Source: Candidatus Altimarinota bacterium
Lineage (GTDB): Bacteria; Patescibacteriota; Gracilibacteria; UBA4473
Direction of reading: 5' to 3'
Assembly: GCA_965231215.1 (NCBI GenBank)
Contig: OZ246423.1
Span: 1,216,001 to 1,280,000 of the forward strand
DNA: 64,000 nucleotides
The notes below the pieces were generated by a model. It did not search any database, was not told the DNA's origin, and saw only the letters and a list, made by a program, of their open reading frames with translations. This document shows, piece by piece, positions 47,428 through 56,700 of this stretch; positions within the stretch are counted from its first letter, which is position 1; each line of letters begins with the position of its first letter. The position numbers and the translations under genes are program-made.

Positions 47428-48819
47428 CTATGGCCCAGATTCGACCTTCCTTAATCGCAGTTTTTGTAGAATATCTTCATATAAGTTATTTTTACTGGTG
47501 GTCTCTTTTTGTGTAGTTGTATCAACCGTTGATGGGAGAACCTTTTTAGTCGTTTGTCTTGTGTTTGTGGTTGTTGGACGAACAGCCTTTTGTTTAGCTA
47601 GAAGTTTTTTTCTCAGTTCGGTTCTTTTTCTCAGGAGTTCGGCTTTGCTCATTTTGCTCGTCTCTGTAGTGTTGGTATTGAGAGCCTTGCGGGCTTGATT
47701 ATAACGATCTATAAGGAGGGTGTTGGTCCTTCTTAAAACTCGTTTTGGACGAGTCAAGTGGCTTCTGCTGGCTTTGGTTACACCACTGCCTGAATTGGGG
47801 TGGGTAGTAGTCGTATTTTGAGTAGCGGTTTTGTCTTCAACCAAAATTCCATCTTGCCGTTTAAAACTTTTGTATCGTTGAACTTTTTTAACTCGTTCTC
47901 GAATAGTTTTTAGAAATTCTGTTCGAGGTTTTAAAAGATAAGATCCGAGCCCAAAAGACTGGCACGTATATCCTTTAAAGCAGTTATCGTCATCAAATCC
48001 TCTAGAGATAAGAATGCCTCTACTACAGCTAGGAACTTCATACTGAGGGCAACTAGGGTTTAAGGGGTCTGGTTCTGGGGTGTTTGGATTTTCAGGATTC
48101 AGATTTTTAGGATTCTCTGGAATACCTGGGACTTTTGGGACAGTACTTTCACACCGAAGACCTTTAGAACATCCATTGTTATCAAATCCTTGGAAAACCA
48201 TAAACTGATTTGAGGCACAGTTTGGAACATTAAACCTCGGACATCCAGCGTGTTTTTCTGAGTCAGTGGCACATCGGTATCCCCTATCGCATCCATCAAG
48301 GCTTTCAATTCTCACCCAGTCAGATTCAGCACATTCTGTAGGACGAGCCGGAGCGGGGCAACTGTTTGTAATGCTACGACATTCAAATCCTAAAAAACAA
48401 CCATTAGCATCACTGCCCAGAGAAATCCTTTCTTGCTCATTTTCACATACAGGATTAGCCGGTTCGGCGCAGCTTACTCTATCTGAGACTTTAACCACTT
48501 TTCGAGCCATTTCAGCCTTAGTTGAGCCTTCAAAAATAGTGACTACGTAATTTCCAGGTCTATCAAAACTATGAGTAAACCTTTTAAGCCCCAAAAATTG
48601 CGCAGTCTGACTATTTCCGTCTCCAAAATCTATAATAAAAGAAACAAAGGCGTTCTCGTCATTGGTTTCAGTGGCGACAAACCAGGTTCCAGTTTCATTT
48701 GTAAAAAGGGAAAAAGGAGATTCAAAGAGTGCAATATCAAAGCTTTGTGCTTGTGTCACTGCTGGCCACAAAAATAAGGGAGAAAACAGAGAGAAGAGAC
48801 CGAGTTTAAGCGCTTTCAT
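47428..48819 (-). CDS. Secreted protein: PKD domain, four 4-Cys repeats, basic tail
   Basis: Signal peptide; IDFGDG...HSF..PG.Y.VT; C-x7/8-C...GC..G..C repeats. Confidence 0.8.
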   Translation of the reverse strand: MKALKLGLFSLFSPLFLWPAVTQAQSFDIALFESPFSLFTNETGTWFVATETNDENAFVSFIIDFGDGNSQTAQFLGLKRFTHSFDRPGNYVVTIFEGSTKAEMARKVVKVSDRVSCAEPANPVCENEQERISLGSDANGCFLGFECRSITNSCPAPARPTECAESDWVRIESLDGCDRGYRCATDSEKHAGCPRFNVPNCASNQFMVFQGFDNNGCSKGLRCESTVPKVPGIPENPKNLNPENPNTPEPDPLNPSCPQYEVPSCSRGILISRGFDDDNCFKGYTCQSFGLGSYLLKPRTEFLKTIRERVKKVQRYKSFKRQDGILVEDKTATQNTTTTHPNSGSGVTKASRSHLTRPKRVLRRTNTLLIDRYNQARKALNTNTTETSKMSKAELLRKRTELRKKLLAKQKAVRPTTTNTRQTTKKVLPSTVDTTTQKETTSKNNLYEDILQKLRLRKVESGP

Positions 48820-48909
48820 AAATATCTGTATTTATTTCGAAACCAAAAATAACAAGAACTATATTTTTGTTCAACCAAAAGTCCTTTACTAAGGCTTTAA
48901 TATATAGGC

Positions 48910-49821
48910 TTAGTAAATAGTAGTAACCTTGGTTGTTCGGCGGGTATTGGTGGTGGCTCTTGGTTCGCAGCTATAGCCTTGATTACATCCGTTTACATAG
49001 GGCTTAGCAATCAGCCTTCCTTCAGCACAATCCGGAACATTAAATACGGGGCATCGTGACTTTGGCGTGTTTGAATGGCTTGTGGTATTTCTTGCCTCAC
49101 AGCTATAGCCTTGATTACACCCATCTTTGTAGGGCTGAAGGACCAATCTTCCATCTGGACACGCTGGTACTTTAACCACTGGACAAATAGGTTTTAGAGG
49201 GGGAGGAGTTTGAGTGGTTATAGTAATTTCACATTTATACCCCATATGACATCCATTTTCGTAGGGTAATTGAACCAGTCTTCCATGAGGACAGGCTGGA
49301 ACTTTAACCACTGGACAGGTTTGCGGTTTGGCCTGGCAAGTATATCCAGGAAAACAACCATTGGTTCTCGGTTGTGGTACTAATTTTCCTCCATCACATT
49401 GAGGCACTACCGGGGCTGGGCATCTTCGTGGAACTCTGGGTTCCCAGAATCGTACACAATGGTAAGTTTTACAGCCTCTTCCATCAGTTCTAGTTTCAAG
49501 TTTTCGATCAGTACTACAGGTTGGAATGCTTGCTTCTTTACATTTTTTCGGTTCAGGAAGACTATATGGAATGGTCTTAGGTCCTTGGGTATTAACCGTT
49601 TGTCTAATGGGGCCTACCGTATATCCGTGAGTCCAATAATCATCGTAGTAATCAGTAAGTCTATAGTCATCATAATGATTAAAAACACTATCCCCCCAAT
49701 AAAGATCTATACCAAAATCTAAATCATAATAGGCATAACTCGCCTGGGTCATTCCAAATCCAAGGAATCCAATTCCTAGAAATAAAATAAGAGACTGTAG
49801 CTGTGTGATAAATTTTAACAT
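48910..49821 (-). CDS. Secreted protein with five 4-Cys repeats
   Basis: Signal peptide; CPVVKVPACPDGRLV..PY..GC..GY.C units. Confidence 0.8.
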   Translation of the reverse strand: MLKFITQLQSLILFLGIGFLGFGMTQASYAYYDLDFGIDLYWGDSVFNHYDDYRLTDYYDDYWTHGYTVGPIRQTVNTQGPKTIPYSLPEPKKCKEASIPTCSTDRKLETRTDGRGCKTYHCVRFWEPRVPRRCPAPVVPQCDGGKLVPQPRTNGCFPGYTCQAKPQTCPVVKVPACPHGRLVQLPYENGCHMGYKCEITITTQTPPPLKPICPVVKVPACPDGRLVLQPYKDGCNQGYSCEARNTTSHSNTPKSRCPVFNVPDCAEGRLIAKPYVNGCNQGYSCEPRATTNTRRTTKVTTIY

Positions 49822-49956
49822 TTCTATCTAGTTTTATTTTATTAATATTTTTCATAAAAAAGTCAATGTTTAATTAAGTAAACCTTTATTCTTAGCGGTT
49901 AAAACACTAGTAATTACATGAAAAATCTGGTATAATCACGAGAAATAAAAACAAAA

Positions 49957-52029
49957 ATGCATTTAAAATCATTTTTTAACCCACAATCGGTAGCTGTAGT
50001 AGGTGTTTCAGAAAGCCTAAACAAGCTTGGATCAGTGATTTTTCAAAATATTTTAGAATCTGGATTTAAGGGGGATTTGTATGGAATTAATCCAAAATTA
50101 GATGGTCAAAAACTCTTGGGGCAAGATTGTTTTAAAAGTATTGCTCAAGCGCCACCAGCGTTAGATCTAGTCATCGTAGTAATTCCAGGAAAGTTTGTCG
50201 AATCTGTCATAGATGACTGTGTCCTCATGCAGACCAAAAATATTGCGATCATTTCAGCTGGTTTTGGAGAAGTTGGGAACCATGATTTAGAGGAATCGAT
50301 TAAAGAAAAATGTGAAAGAAGTGGAATAAATCTGTTAGGCCCAAACTGCCTGGGAGCTATATTCCCCTATGCTAACCTCAATGCTAGTTTTGCTGATGGT
50401 TATCCAAAGAAAGGGAATATTTGTTTTGTCAGTCAATCTGGAGCCTTTTGTACAGCGATGCTTGATTGGGCGACTGAGAAAGGTATTGGATTTTCTCATT
50501 TTATCTCCCTAGGCAATAAGGCTGGAATTTCAGAAATTGATATCTTAGAACATCTAGGAGATGACCCGAATGTAGATATTTTTGCTTTTTATCTTGAATC
50601 TTTGGCTGATGGTCCAGCTTTTCTCGAACAGATTAGAAAAGTGGGGCCTCACAAACCTATTATTATTTTAGAACCTGGAAAGTCAGAGAAAGCCGCTGAA
50701 GCGGCTTCAAGCCATACCGGCTCTCTGGCTCCAAATTCACGGGTATTAGAAATGGCCTACCAACAAGCAGGCGCTATACAAGTATTCTCTATGCGTTCCA
50801 TGTTTGGGTTGCTAGAAACCCTCACCTACAACGCTGAAAAATCTTTTGGTAAAAATTTAGCCGTAATTACTAATGCTGGAGGAGTTGGCGTTTTAACGAC
50901 TGATTTAACTGAAGAAAATAACCTAAATTTGGCTCAATTTAGCACTGAAACTCTCAAAAAACTTAAAACAGAACTGCCTCTTGAGGCCAACATTAAAAAC
51001 CCTGTAGACATCATCGGTGATGCTCGAGCTGAGAGATACCAAAAAGCTTTAGAAATATTGTTAGAAGACAAAAATGTAGATCAAATTTTAGTGCTACTCA
51101 CGCCACAAAGAACTACAGAAGTGGAAGAAACAGCTAGAGTTATTGGTCAAATTGCTCAAAATACAACCAAAAATATTGTGGCTAGTTTTATTGGTGGACA
51201 GCGAATCTCAAATGGTATTCCCGTTTTAGCCAAACACACCATTCCTCACTTTGAGTTTCCTGTAGATGCAACACGCGTTTTAGGCCTGCTCGCCAACAGA
51301 CTCTCAAAAAATATAGCTCAACCAATAGACCTGCTTACCAGACAAGACGAAACCATTGTTAAACATATTGAAGCAGCGAAAAAAGCAAAAATGAAATCAC
51401 TGCCACAAGAACACGTGAATGCTCTTTTAAAAGCGTATGATTTTGATTTTCCTCAAAATTGTAATTTTGAGGATTATAAAGAAGCACTAGAATGTGCTTC
51501 CTCATTTTTCCCCGAGAGTGTGGTAATGAAAATTTCAGCCCCAAACGCTCTACACAAAACAGACCTTAAAGGAGTGGTTCTTAATGTCGATACACCAGTA
51601 AAATTTAAAGAAGTATGGGAGGGTTTTCAGGCTTCAATCAAAGCCGCTGGCCTCAAAGACGCTCGCATCCAGGTACAAGAACAAATCCCTCAAGGCACAG
51701 AAATTATTGTCGGTATTACTCGTGATCCAAACTTTGGAAGTGTCATGCTGTTTGGCTCTGGAGGTATTTATACTGAAGTCTTTAAAGACACTACCGTCCG
51801 AGTACTCCCTACCACTGACTTTAATGACATGATTGAAGAAACTAAGATTGGTGAAATCCTCCATGGAGTCAGAGGGGAAGAGCCTAAAGCGGTTAAACCA
51901 CTTATCAAAACGATGCAAAAAATGCAGCAACTAGTCCTCGACTATCCAGAAATTGCCGGTATTGATGCCAATCCAGTTATGGTCACAGAAGATCGAGCCG
52001 TAACCGTAGACTTTAAAATCTTAGTGTAA
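49957..52029 (+). CDS. Acetate--CoA ligase (ADP-forming), fused alpha/beta
   Basis: P.SVAVVG.S, GPNCLG, SQSGA, SHTGSLA, NAGG.G, NPVDI.GDA, C-terminal ATP-grasp (HKTD, DANP). Confidence 0.94.
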   Translation: MHLKSFFNPQSVAVVGVSESLNKLGSVIFQNILESGFKGDLYGINPKLDGQKLLGQDCFKSIAQAPPALDLVIVVIPGKFVESVIDDCVLMQTKNIAIISAGFGEVGNHDLEESIKEKCERSGINLLGPNCLGAIFPYANLNASFADGYPKKGNICFVSQSGAFCTAMLDWATEKGIGFSHFISLGNKAGISEIDILEHLGDDPNVDIFAFYLESLADGPAFLEQIRKVGPHKPIIILEPGKSEKAAEAASSHTGSLAPNSRVLEMAYQQAGAIQVFSMRSMFGLLETLTYNAEKSFGKNLAVITNAGGVGVLTTDLTEENNLNLAQFSTETLKKLKTELPLEANIKNPVDIIGDARAERYQKALEILLEDKNVDQILVLLTPQRTTEVEETARVIGQIAQNTTKNIVASFIGGQRISNGIPVLAKHTIPHFEFPVDATRVLGLLANRLSKNIAQPIDLLTRQDETIVKHIEAAKKAKMKSLPQEHVNALLKAYDFDFPQNCNFEDYKEALECASSFFPESVVMKISAPNALHKTDLKGVVLNVDTPVKFKEVWEGFQASIKAAGLKDARIQVQEQIPQGTEIIVGITRDPNFGSVMLFGSGGIYTEVFKDTTVRVLPTTDFNDMIEETKIGEILHGVRGEEPKAVKPLIKTMQKMQQLVLDYPEIAGIDANPVMVTEDRAVTVDFKILV

Positions 52030-52985
52030 TGGAACACTTTTTTAACCTCATCATCGCCTCCCCTTTCCCGGTACAGATATTTCTGGCGGGAATTTCTATA
52101 TTGGGGCTATGGTATGGAAGTGAAAAAGTAATCTGGGGCATTAAGCGAATCGCTCGAAAGTTTGGCATTTCGGAGCTTATTATTGGTCTAACTATCGTGT
52201 CTATTGGTTCAAGTCTACCAGAAATTTTTGTAAATATTTCAGCTGGACTCAATGGAGTGGATGATATTGGGGTTGGGAATATTGTGGGAAGTTGTTTTGT
52301 GCAGATATCGTTCATACTAGGACTTTGCGTGCTCGTTGGTGGTACGATGAAAGGGCAAGGGAAAGAACTGCATCGCGATGCCCTGATGGTGGTAGGATCA
52401 ATTATGGCGCTATTTCTTTTAGGGTTAGATGGGGAAATCCAGACCGGTGAGGCCTTGCTACTTATCTTTGCGTACGTTTTTTATACGTACTATTTGCTCG
52501 TCGCTAATAGAAAAGGATGGAAGGTCCGAAAAAGTGTCTCAAACCTATGGCTTAATATTGTAGCTTTTCTTTTTGGGGTAGCCCTAGTCTGGTTTTCTGC
52601 TGAAATGCTTCTCAAAATTGGGATCAATGCCGGAGAGCAACTAGGCGTAAATCAAGGAGTGATTGGACTTTTCTCTGGAATTGGAACTTCTATTCCAGAA
52701 CTTTCTATTTCCCTCATTGCGTTGCTGCGAAGATCTTCAGGATTATCCCTTGGGAACTTACTTGGCTCCAATATTACCGATCCTCTTTTCTCACTGGGCG
52801 TTGGGGCCGTCCTAGCTCACGGGTATAAAGTCTCTGATTTCTTACTCTTCACCGCTATTCCTATTTGGTTTGTCGCCAGTTTTGGGGCTATGTCAGTATT
52901 TTACCTTTACGGGAAAATGACCTGGAAGCACGCCTCGGTATTAGTCGCTTTTTATATTGGAGCGTTTTTAGTATTTTTGACTTAA
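52029..52985 (+). CDS. Sodium/calcium exchanger (YrbG-like)
   Basis: GSSLPE...GNIVGS and GTSIPE...GNLLGSN repeats. Confidence 0.93.
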   Translation: MEHFFNLIIASPFPVQIFLAGISILGLWYGSEKVIWGIKRIARKFGISELIIGLTIVSIGSSLPEIFVNISAGLNGVDDIGVGNIVGSCFVQISFILGLCVLVGGTMKGQGKELHRDALMVVGSIMALFLLGLDGEIQTGEALLLIFAYVFYTYYLLVANRKGWKVRKSVSNLWLNIVAFLFGVALVWFSAEMLLKIGINAGEQLGVNQGVIGLFSGIGTSIPELSISLIALLRRSSGLSLGNLLGSNITDPLFSLGVGAVLAHGYKVSDFLLFTAIPIWFVASFGAMSVFYLYGKMTWKHASVLVAFYIGAFLVFLT

Positions 52986-53084
52986 AGTTTTCCAAGGCCT
53001 AATGGCTTTTGATCTGCTAATTACTTCACCTATTGATTTGTATGAGTTATGGATTTTGGATTGAGTTCAAAATGATGGTTGAAC

Positions 53085-54503
53085 CTAATCTTTTTTCACA
53101 AACTTACCCACACACTCTACGTGAGATGTGTGTGGAAATTGATCTACTAAACTGAATTTTTTAAGTTCATATTGTTCTCTCAGTATTTCCGTATCTCTCG
53201 CAAGAGTCGCAGGATTACAGGAGACGTAGATAATTTCTTGAGGTCTAAAATCAATAATAGATCGTAAAGCTTTAGGGGAAATGCCAGCTCGTGGAGGATC
53301 CAAAATTACCGTAGGGGGACGACCTTCATATTCCTTCATAAATTTAGTTACATCGTCACACACAAAATTTATGTTATGAATGCCATTTTTAGCAGCATTA
53401 GCCTCGGCATCTTCTACCGCAGATTTTATAATTTCTACACTTGTGATTTTGGTATGAGGATTTTGACGAGCCATAATCTGACTGATGGTACCTGTTCCGG
53501 AAAAGAGTTCTAAAATTTCATCACCACCAGAGACATATTCCTCTACTTTTTTATATAACTTTTCAGCCGAAAAAATATTGGTTTGAAAGAAGGAATCTAA
53601 AGAAATATCAAAATCTAAATTATTAATATTTTCTGTGATTTTTGCTTCGCCAAAAAGGAAATTTCGTGAAACATAGTGGTGACTAGCATTTCCCAAATCA
53701 TTGCTTTGGGTCCAGCAAAATCCCTGGATACGCTCCCCTAGTTCTGATTTTAAAAGTTCAGCAAGAGCCTCAATGTTTTGAGCCTGGGTTTCATCAACGG
53801 TGGTTATAATCTCTACCAAGAAATGAGCTTTTGAAAAACTTTTTCGTACGGTTAACTGCCTCCAAAATCCTTGATTTTTGCGAGTATTGTACGCGGGCAA
53901 TTTAGAAGCCTCGCAAAGCGTACGAATTTTGGGAATAATATTTTCAAAGGCCTGATCAAAAAGGCCTGATGGTTTCTGTAAATTCTGCACAAGCCAAAAC
54001 TGGCCTCGTTTTTTGGAACCTAAGCCAAATCCCGTATGTGTCCAGGCTCCTTTTGGCCCTTCTTGGATTAAAGAGGGAGTTGTAGGGTGTTCGTCAGTTG
54101 GCCCAAAAGAATACTCCATTTTGTTTCGGTAAAACCAAATTTCAGGAGATTCAATATACTCATCAAACAGGGGTTCAAGGTCAGTTTGAGCCAGCCTTTT
54201 GAAAAGTTCAAATACTTGTGATTTTTTATGCTGTTGCTGGATTTCTATAGGCAATCCCATCCAGGGCGCTCCTGGAGTTTCTTGAAAATCAAGCAAGACT
54301 TCATCGGCGGCCCTTTGTAATACTCTTAAAATTTTGCCTTCTGCGTGTCGTCTTTTTTTTAGCGATATTTTGGCTTCAACTACCTGCCCTGGTAATGCCC
54401 CATCTATGAAGATCATAAACGCATCAACTTTAGCTATTCCCTTCCCGCCAAAGGCAAGGTCTTGAATTTTTAGTTCCAAAATCTGTCCTTTCTTTATTTC
54501 CAT
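53085..54503 (-). CDS. rlmD: 23S rRNA m5U1939 methyltransferase
   Basis: TRAM N-terminus, YRNKMEY, SFFQTN, LDPPRAG, YVSCNPATLARD, DQFPHTSHVE. Confidence 0.93.
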   Translation of the reverse strand: MEIKKGQILELKIQDLAFGGKGIAKVDAFMIFIDGALPGQVVEAKISLKKRRHAEGKILRVLQRAADEVLLDFQETPGAPWMGLPIEIQQQHKKSQVFELFKRLAQTDLEPLFDEYIESPEIWFYRNKMEYSFGPTDEHPTTPSLIQEGPKGAWTHTGFGLGSKKRGQFWLVQNLQKPSGLFDQAFENIIPKIRTLCEASKLPAYNTRKNQGFWRQLTVRKSFSKAHFLVEIITTVDETQAQNIEALAELLKSELGERIQGFCWTQSNDLGNASHHYVSRNFLFGEAKITENINNLDFDISLDSFFQTNIFSAEKLYKKVEEYVSGGDEILELFSGTGTISQIMARQNPHTKITSVEIIKSAVEDAEANAAKNGIHNINFVCDDVTKFMKEYEGRPPTVILDPPRAGISPKALRSIIDFRPQEIIYVSCNPATLARDTEILREQYELKKFSLVDQFPHTSHVECVGKFVKKD

Positions 54504-54545
54504 TATTTTGATTCTAGATAAAGTTTAACTGTTTGAAACTTAAAA

Positions 54546-56297
54546 ATGTCGATACAAGTATTACCACACAACATTCGTGATCAAATTGCTGCAGGAGAGG
54601 TGGTAGAACGGCCAGCCTCTGTGGTCAAAGAGTGTATAGAAAATGCACTAGATGCCGGGAGTACTAATATTGAAGTTACTCTAGAGGAAGGAGGCAAAAA
54701 GCGTATTGTTATCCTCGATAATGGCACCGGAATAAAAGCCACAGAGTTAGAACTAGCAGTAGAACGTCATGCTACTTCAAAGATTAAATCTATTGACGAT
54801 CTTTTTGCGATTCAGCATTTTGGGTTCAGGGGGGAAGCTTTGTCAGCGATTGCCGCCGTGTCGGACTTTACGATTACTTCCAAAACAAAAGAAGCTCAAA
54901 AGGCTTCACAACTTACCGTTTATGCGGGACGCAAAGAACCTATCCAAACGGTAGCTCATCCAAAAGGGACGACCATAGAAATTAAAAATTTATTTGCCCC
55001 CACCCCGGCGAGGTTGCAGTATCTGAAAACTTCAGAAACAGAGTACAGACAAGTTTTGAAAACCATACAACAATTTGCTTTAGCACATCCTCATGTGGGG
55101 TTTCGGCTTAACAAAGAGGCAAAAACAGTTTTAGATTTACCAACGGGTGAGACGGCTAGAACTCGGGCAGAAACGATTTTGAAACTTTCTAAAAATCAGA
55201 TTTTAGATTTGGATTTTGGGTATGACAATGTGAAAATTTCAGGATTTATTTGCGCGTCTGGATATTGCGCTAGAAGTCGGAATCATCAGTTTTTATTTGT
55301 AAATGGGCGCCCTATTGAGGATTCACGTATGGCTTATGCTATTCGGGAAGGGTATGTGCAAAGTGCAGGAATAGAAAAACACCTACACCCAATTTTTGCG
55401 CTCAATATTGAGCTAGATCCTTTACTCGTAGATGTAAACGTACACCCACGAAAATTAGAAGTGAAATTTGCAGAACCTGGAGAAGTGTTTGTAACGGTAA
55501 AAAAATCAGTAATGGAAGCGTTAAGATCCTTTAGTGAAATGGCAGCACTACCCCCAATACAACACAAAACTTTTACCTCTCCACCGCCTAAAACGCCCCA
55601 AAAACCAACGCTAATGTTAGTGCCAAAGTTTAGCCATAACTTTGCTTCGCGCAACACTCAAAGGGAACAACGGATTCCTAGACTTGAGAAAACAAATATT
55701 GAACCTGCCCCTGAAACTCCACAAAGCCTACGAGTTATTGGGCAAGTAGATAAAAAATATATTATAGCTGAATCTGAAAAAGGGATGTATATTTTTGATC
55801 AGCATGCACTACATGAAAGGCAGCGATTTGAACAGTTTTGGAATGAATGGAAGACTTCAAAAATTAAGAGTGAAACTTTGTTAGTCCCTCAAGTATTATC
55901 AATGAATGAAACACAAATTTCAGTGCTGGCAGAAAATACTAAAGCCTTAAATAAACTCGGTTTTAAAATAAACTTTACGACAGATAGTTCTGTGGAATTT
56001 TTAAGGGTACCAACTGTTCTAAAAGATGAAGATTTACAAAAAATTGCGGAATTAATGGTCAATTATTTTGACACAGAAAAGTTGGGAGAGCATGTCCTAG
56101 ATCAAGTAATGCGAAAAGCTTTAGAATACAAAGCGTGTCGTGGATCGATTATGTTTGGCGATAGACTTGATATTGCAGAAATGGAAAAACTTATTGCGGA
56201 CTTTGACTCTACTTCATGGAAATTACTCTGTCCTCATGGTAGACCTAACCATACGTTCATCCCCTTTTCTGATTTAGATCAACAATTTCATCGTTAA
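54546..56297 (+). CDS. mutL: DNA mismatch repair protein MutL
   Basis: IAAGEVVERP, ENALDAG, GFRGEAL, VDVNVHP, DQHALHER, ACR, CPHGRP. Confidence 0.98.
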   Translation: MSIQVLPHNIRDQIAAGEVVERPASVVKECIENALDAGSTNIEVTLEEGGKKRIVILDNGTGIKATELELAVERHATSKIKSIDDLFAIQHFGFRGEALSAIAAVSDFTITSKTKEAQKASQLTVYAGRKEPIQTVAHPKGTTIEIKNLFAPTPARLQYLKTSETEYRQVLKTIQQFALAHPHVGFRLNKEAKTVLDLPTGETARTRAETILKLSKNQILDLDFGYDNVKISGFICASGYCARSRNHQFLFVNGRPIEDSRMAYAIREGYVQSAGIEKHLHPIFALNIELDPLLVDVNVHPRKLEVKFAEPGEVFVTVKKSVMEALRSFSEMAALPPIQHKTFTSPPPKTPQKPTLMLVPKFSHNFASRNTQREQRIPRLEKTNIEPAPETPQSLRVIGQVDKKYIIAESEKGMYIFDQHALHERQRFEQFWNEWKTSKIKSETLLVPQVLSMNETQISVLAENTKALNKLGFKINFTTDSSVEFLRVPTVLKDEDLQKIAELMVNYFDTEKLGEHVLDQVMRKALEYKACRGSIMFGDRLDIAEMEKLIADFDSTSWKLLCPHGRPNHTFIPFSDLDQQFHR

Positions 56298-56686
56298 AAT
56301 TTTGAACTTTTAAAAAATTCAGGCGAATAAGGTTGAGCTCGTTCTACCAAAATATTAGGAAATGTGTTTGCAAAGTTTTCTAAATTAAATTGTTGATCAT
56401 ACCCTAATAAAATCCTTTCTGGGGCGACTTCTTCTATCGTTTTAAAGAAATTTTGATCGGCTCTCCCCAAACGCACCTCTACATTCTCAAAATGCGTAAA
56501 TTCATAAATAACTCTTTCATATCTTTTTACCTCTGAATTTCTTGGCTTTTTGCCTTTAATTTTAAAAACAGTGTTGTCGCGGGCAATGATAATATGCAGC
56601 TCTGAAGAATGTGTATAACCAGACCACACATAGTGCTGATGACCAATATGAAAGTTGTCGAAGGTTCCAGCAATAAGTGTTTTCAT
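56294..56686 (-). CDS. HxGH cytidylyltransferase-family protein (archaeal-type FAD synthase-like)
   Basis: GTFDNFHIGH, IIARD, LGYDQ, KSSK. Confidence 0.85.
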   Translation of the reverse strand: MKTLIAGTFDNFHIGHQHYVWSGYTHSSELHIIIARDNTVFKIKGKKPRNSEVKRYERVIYEFTHFENVEVRLGRADQNFFKTIEEVAPERILLGYDQQFNLENFANTFPNILVERAQPYSPEFFKSSKF

Positions 56687-56700
56687 AAAAAAAGTTTAAC

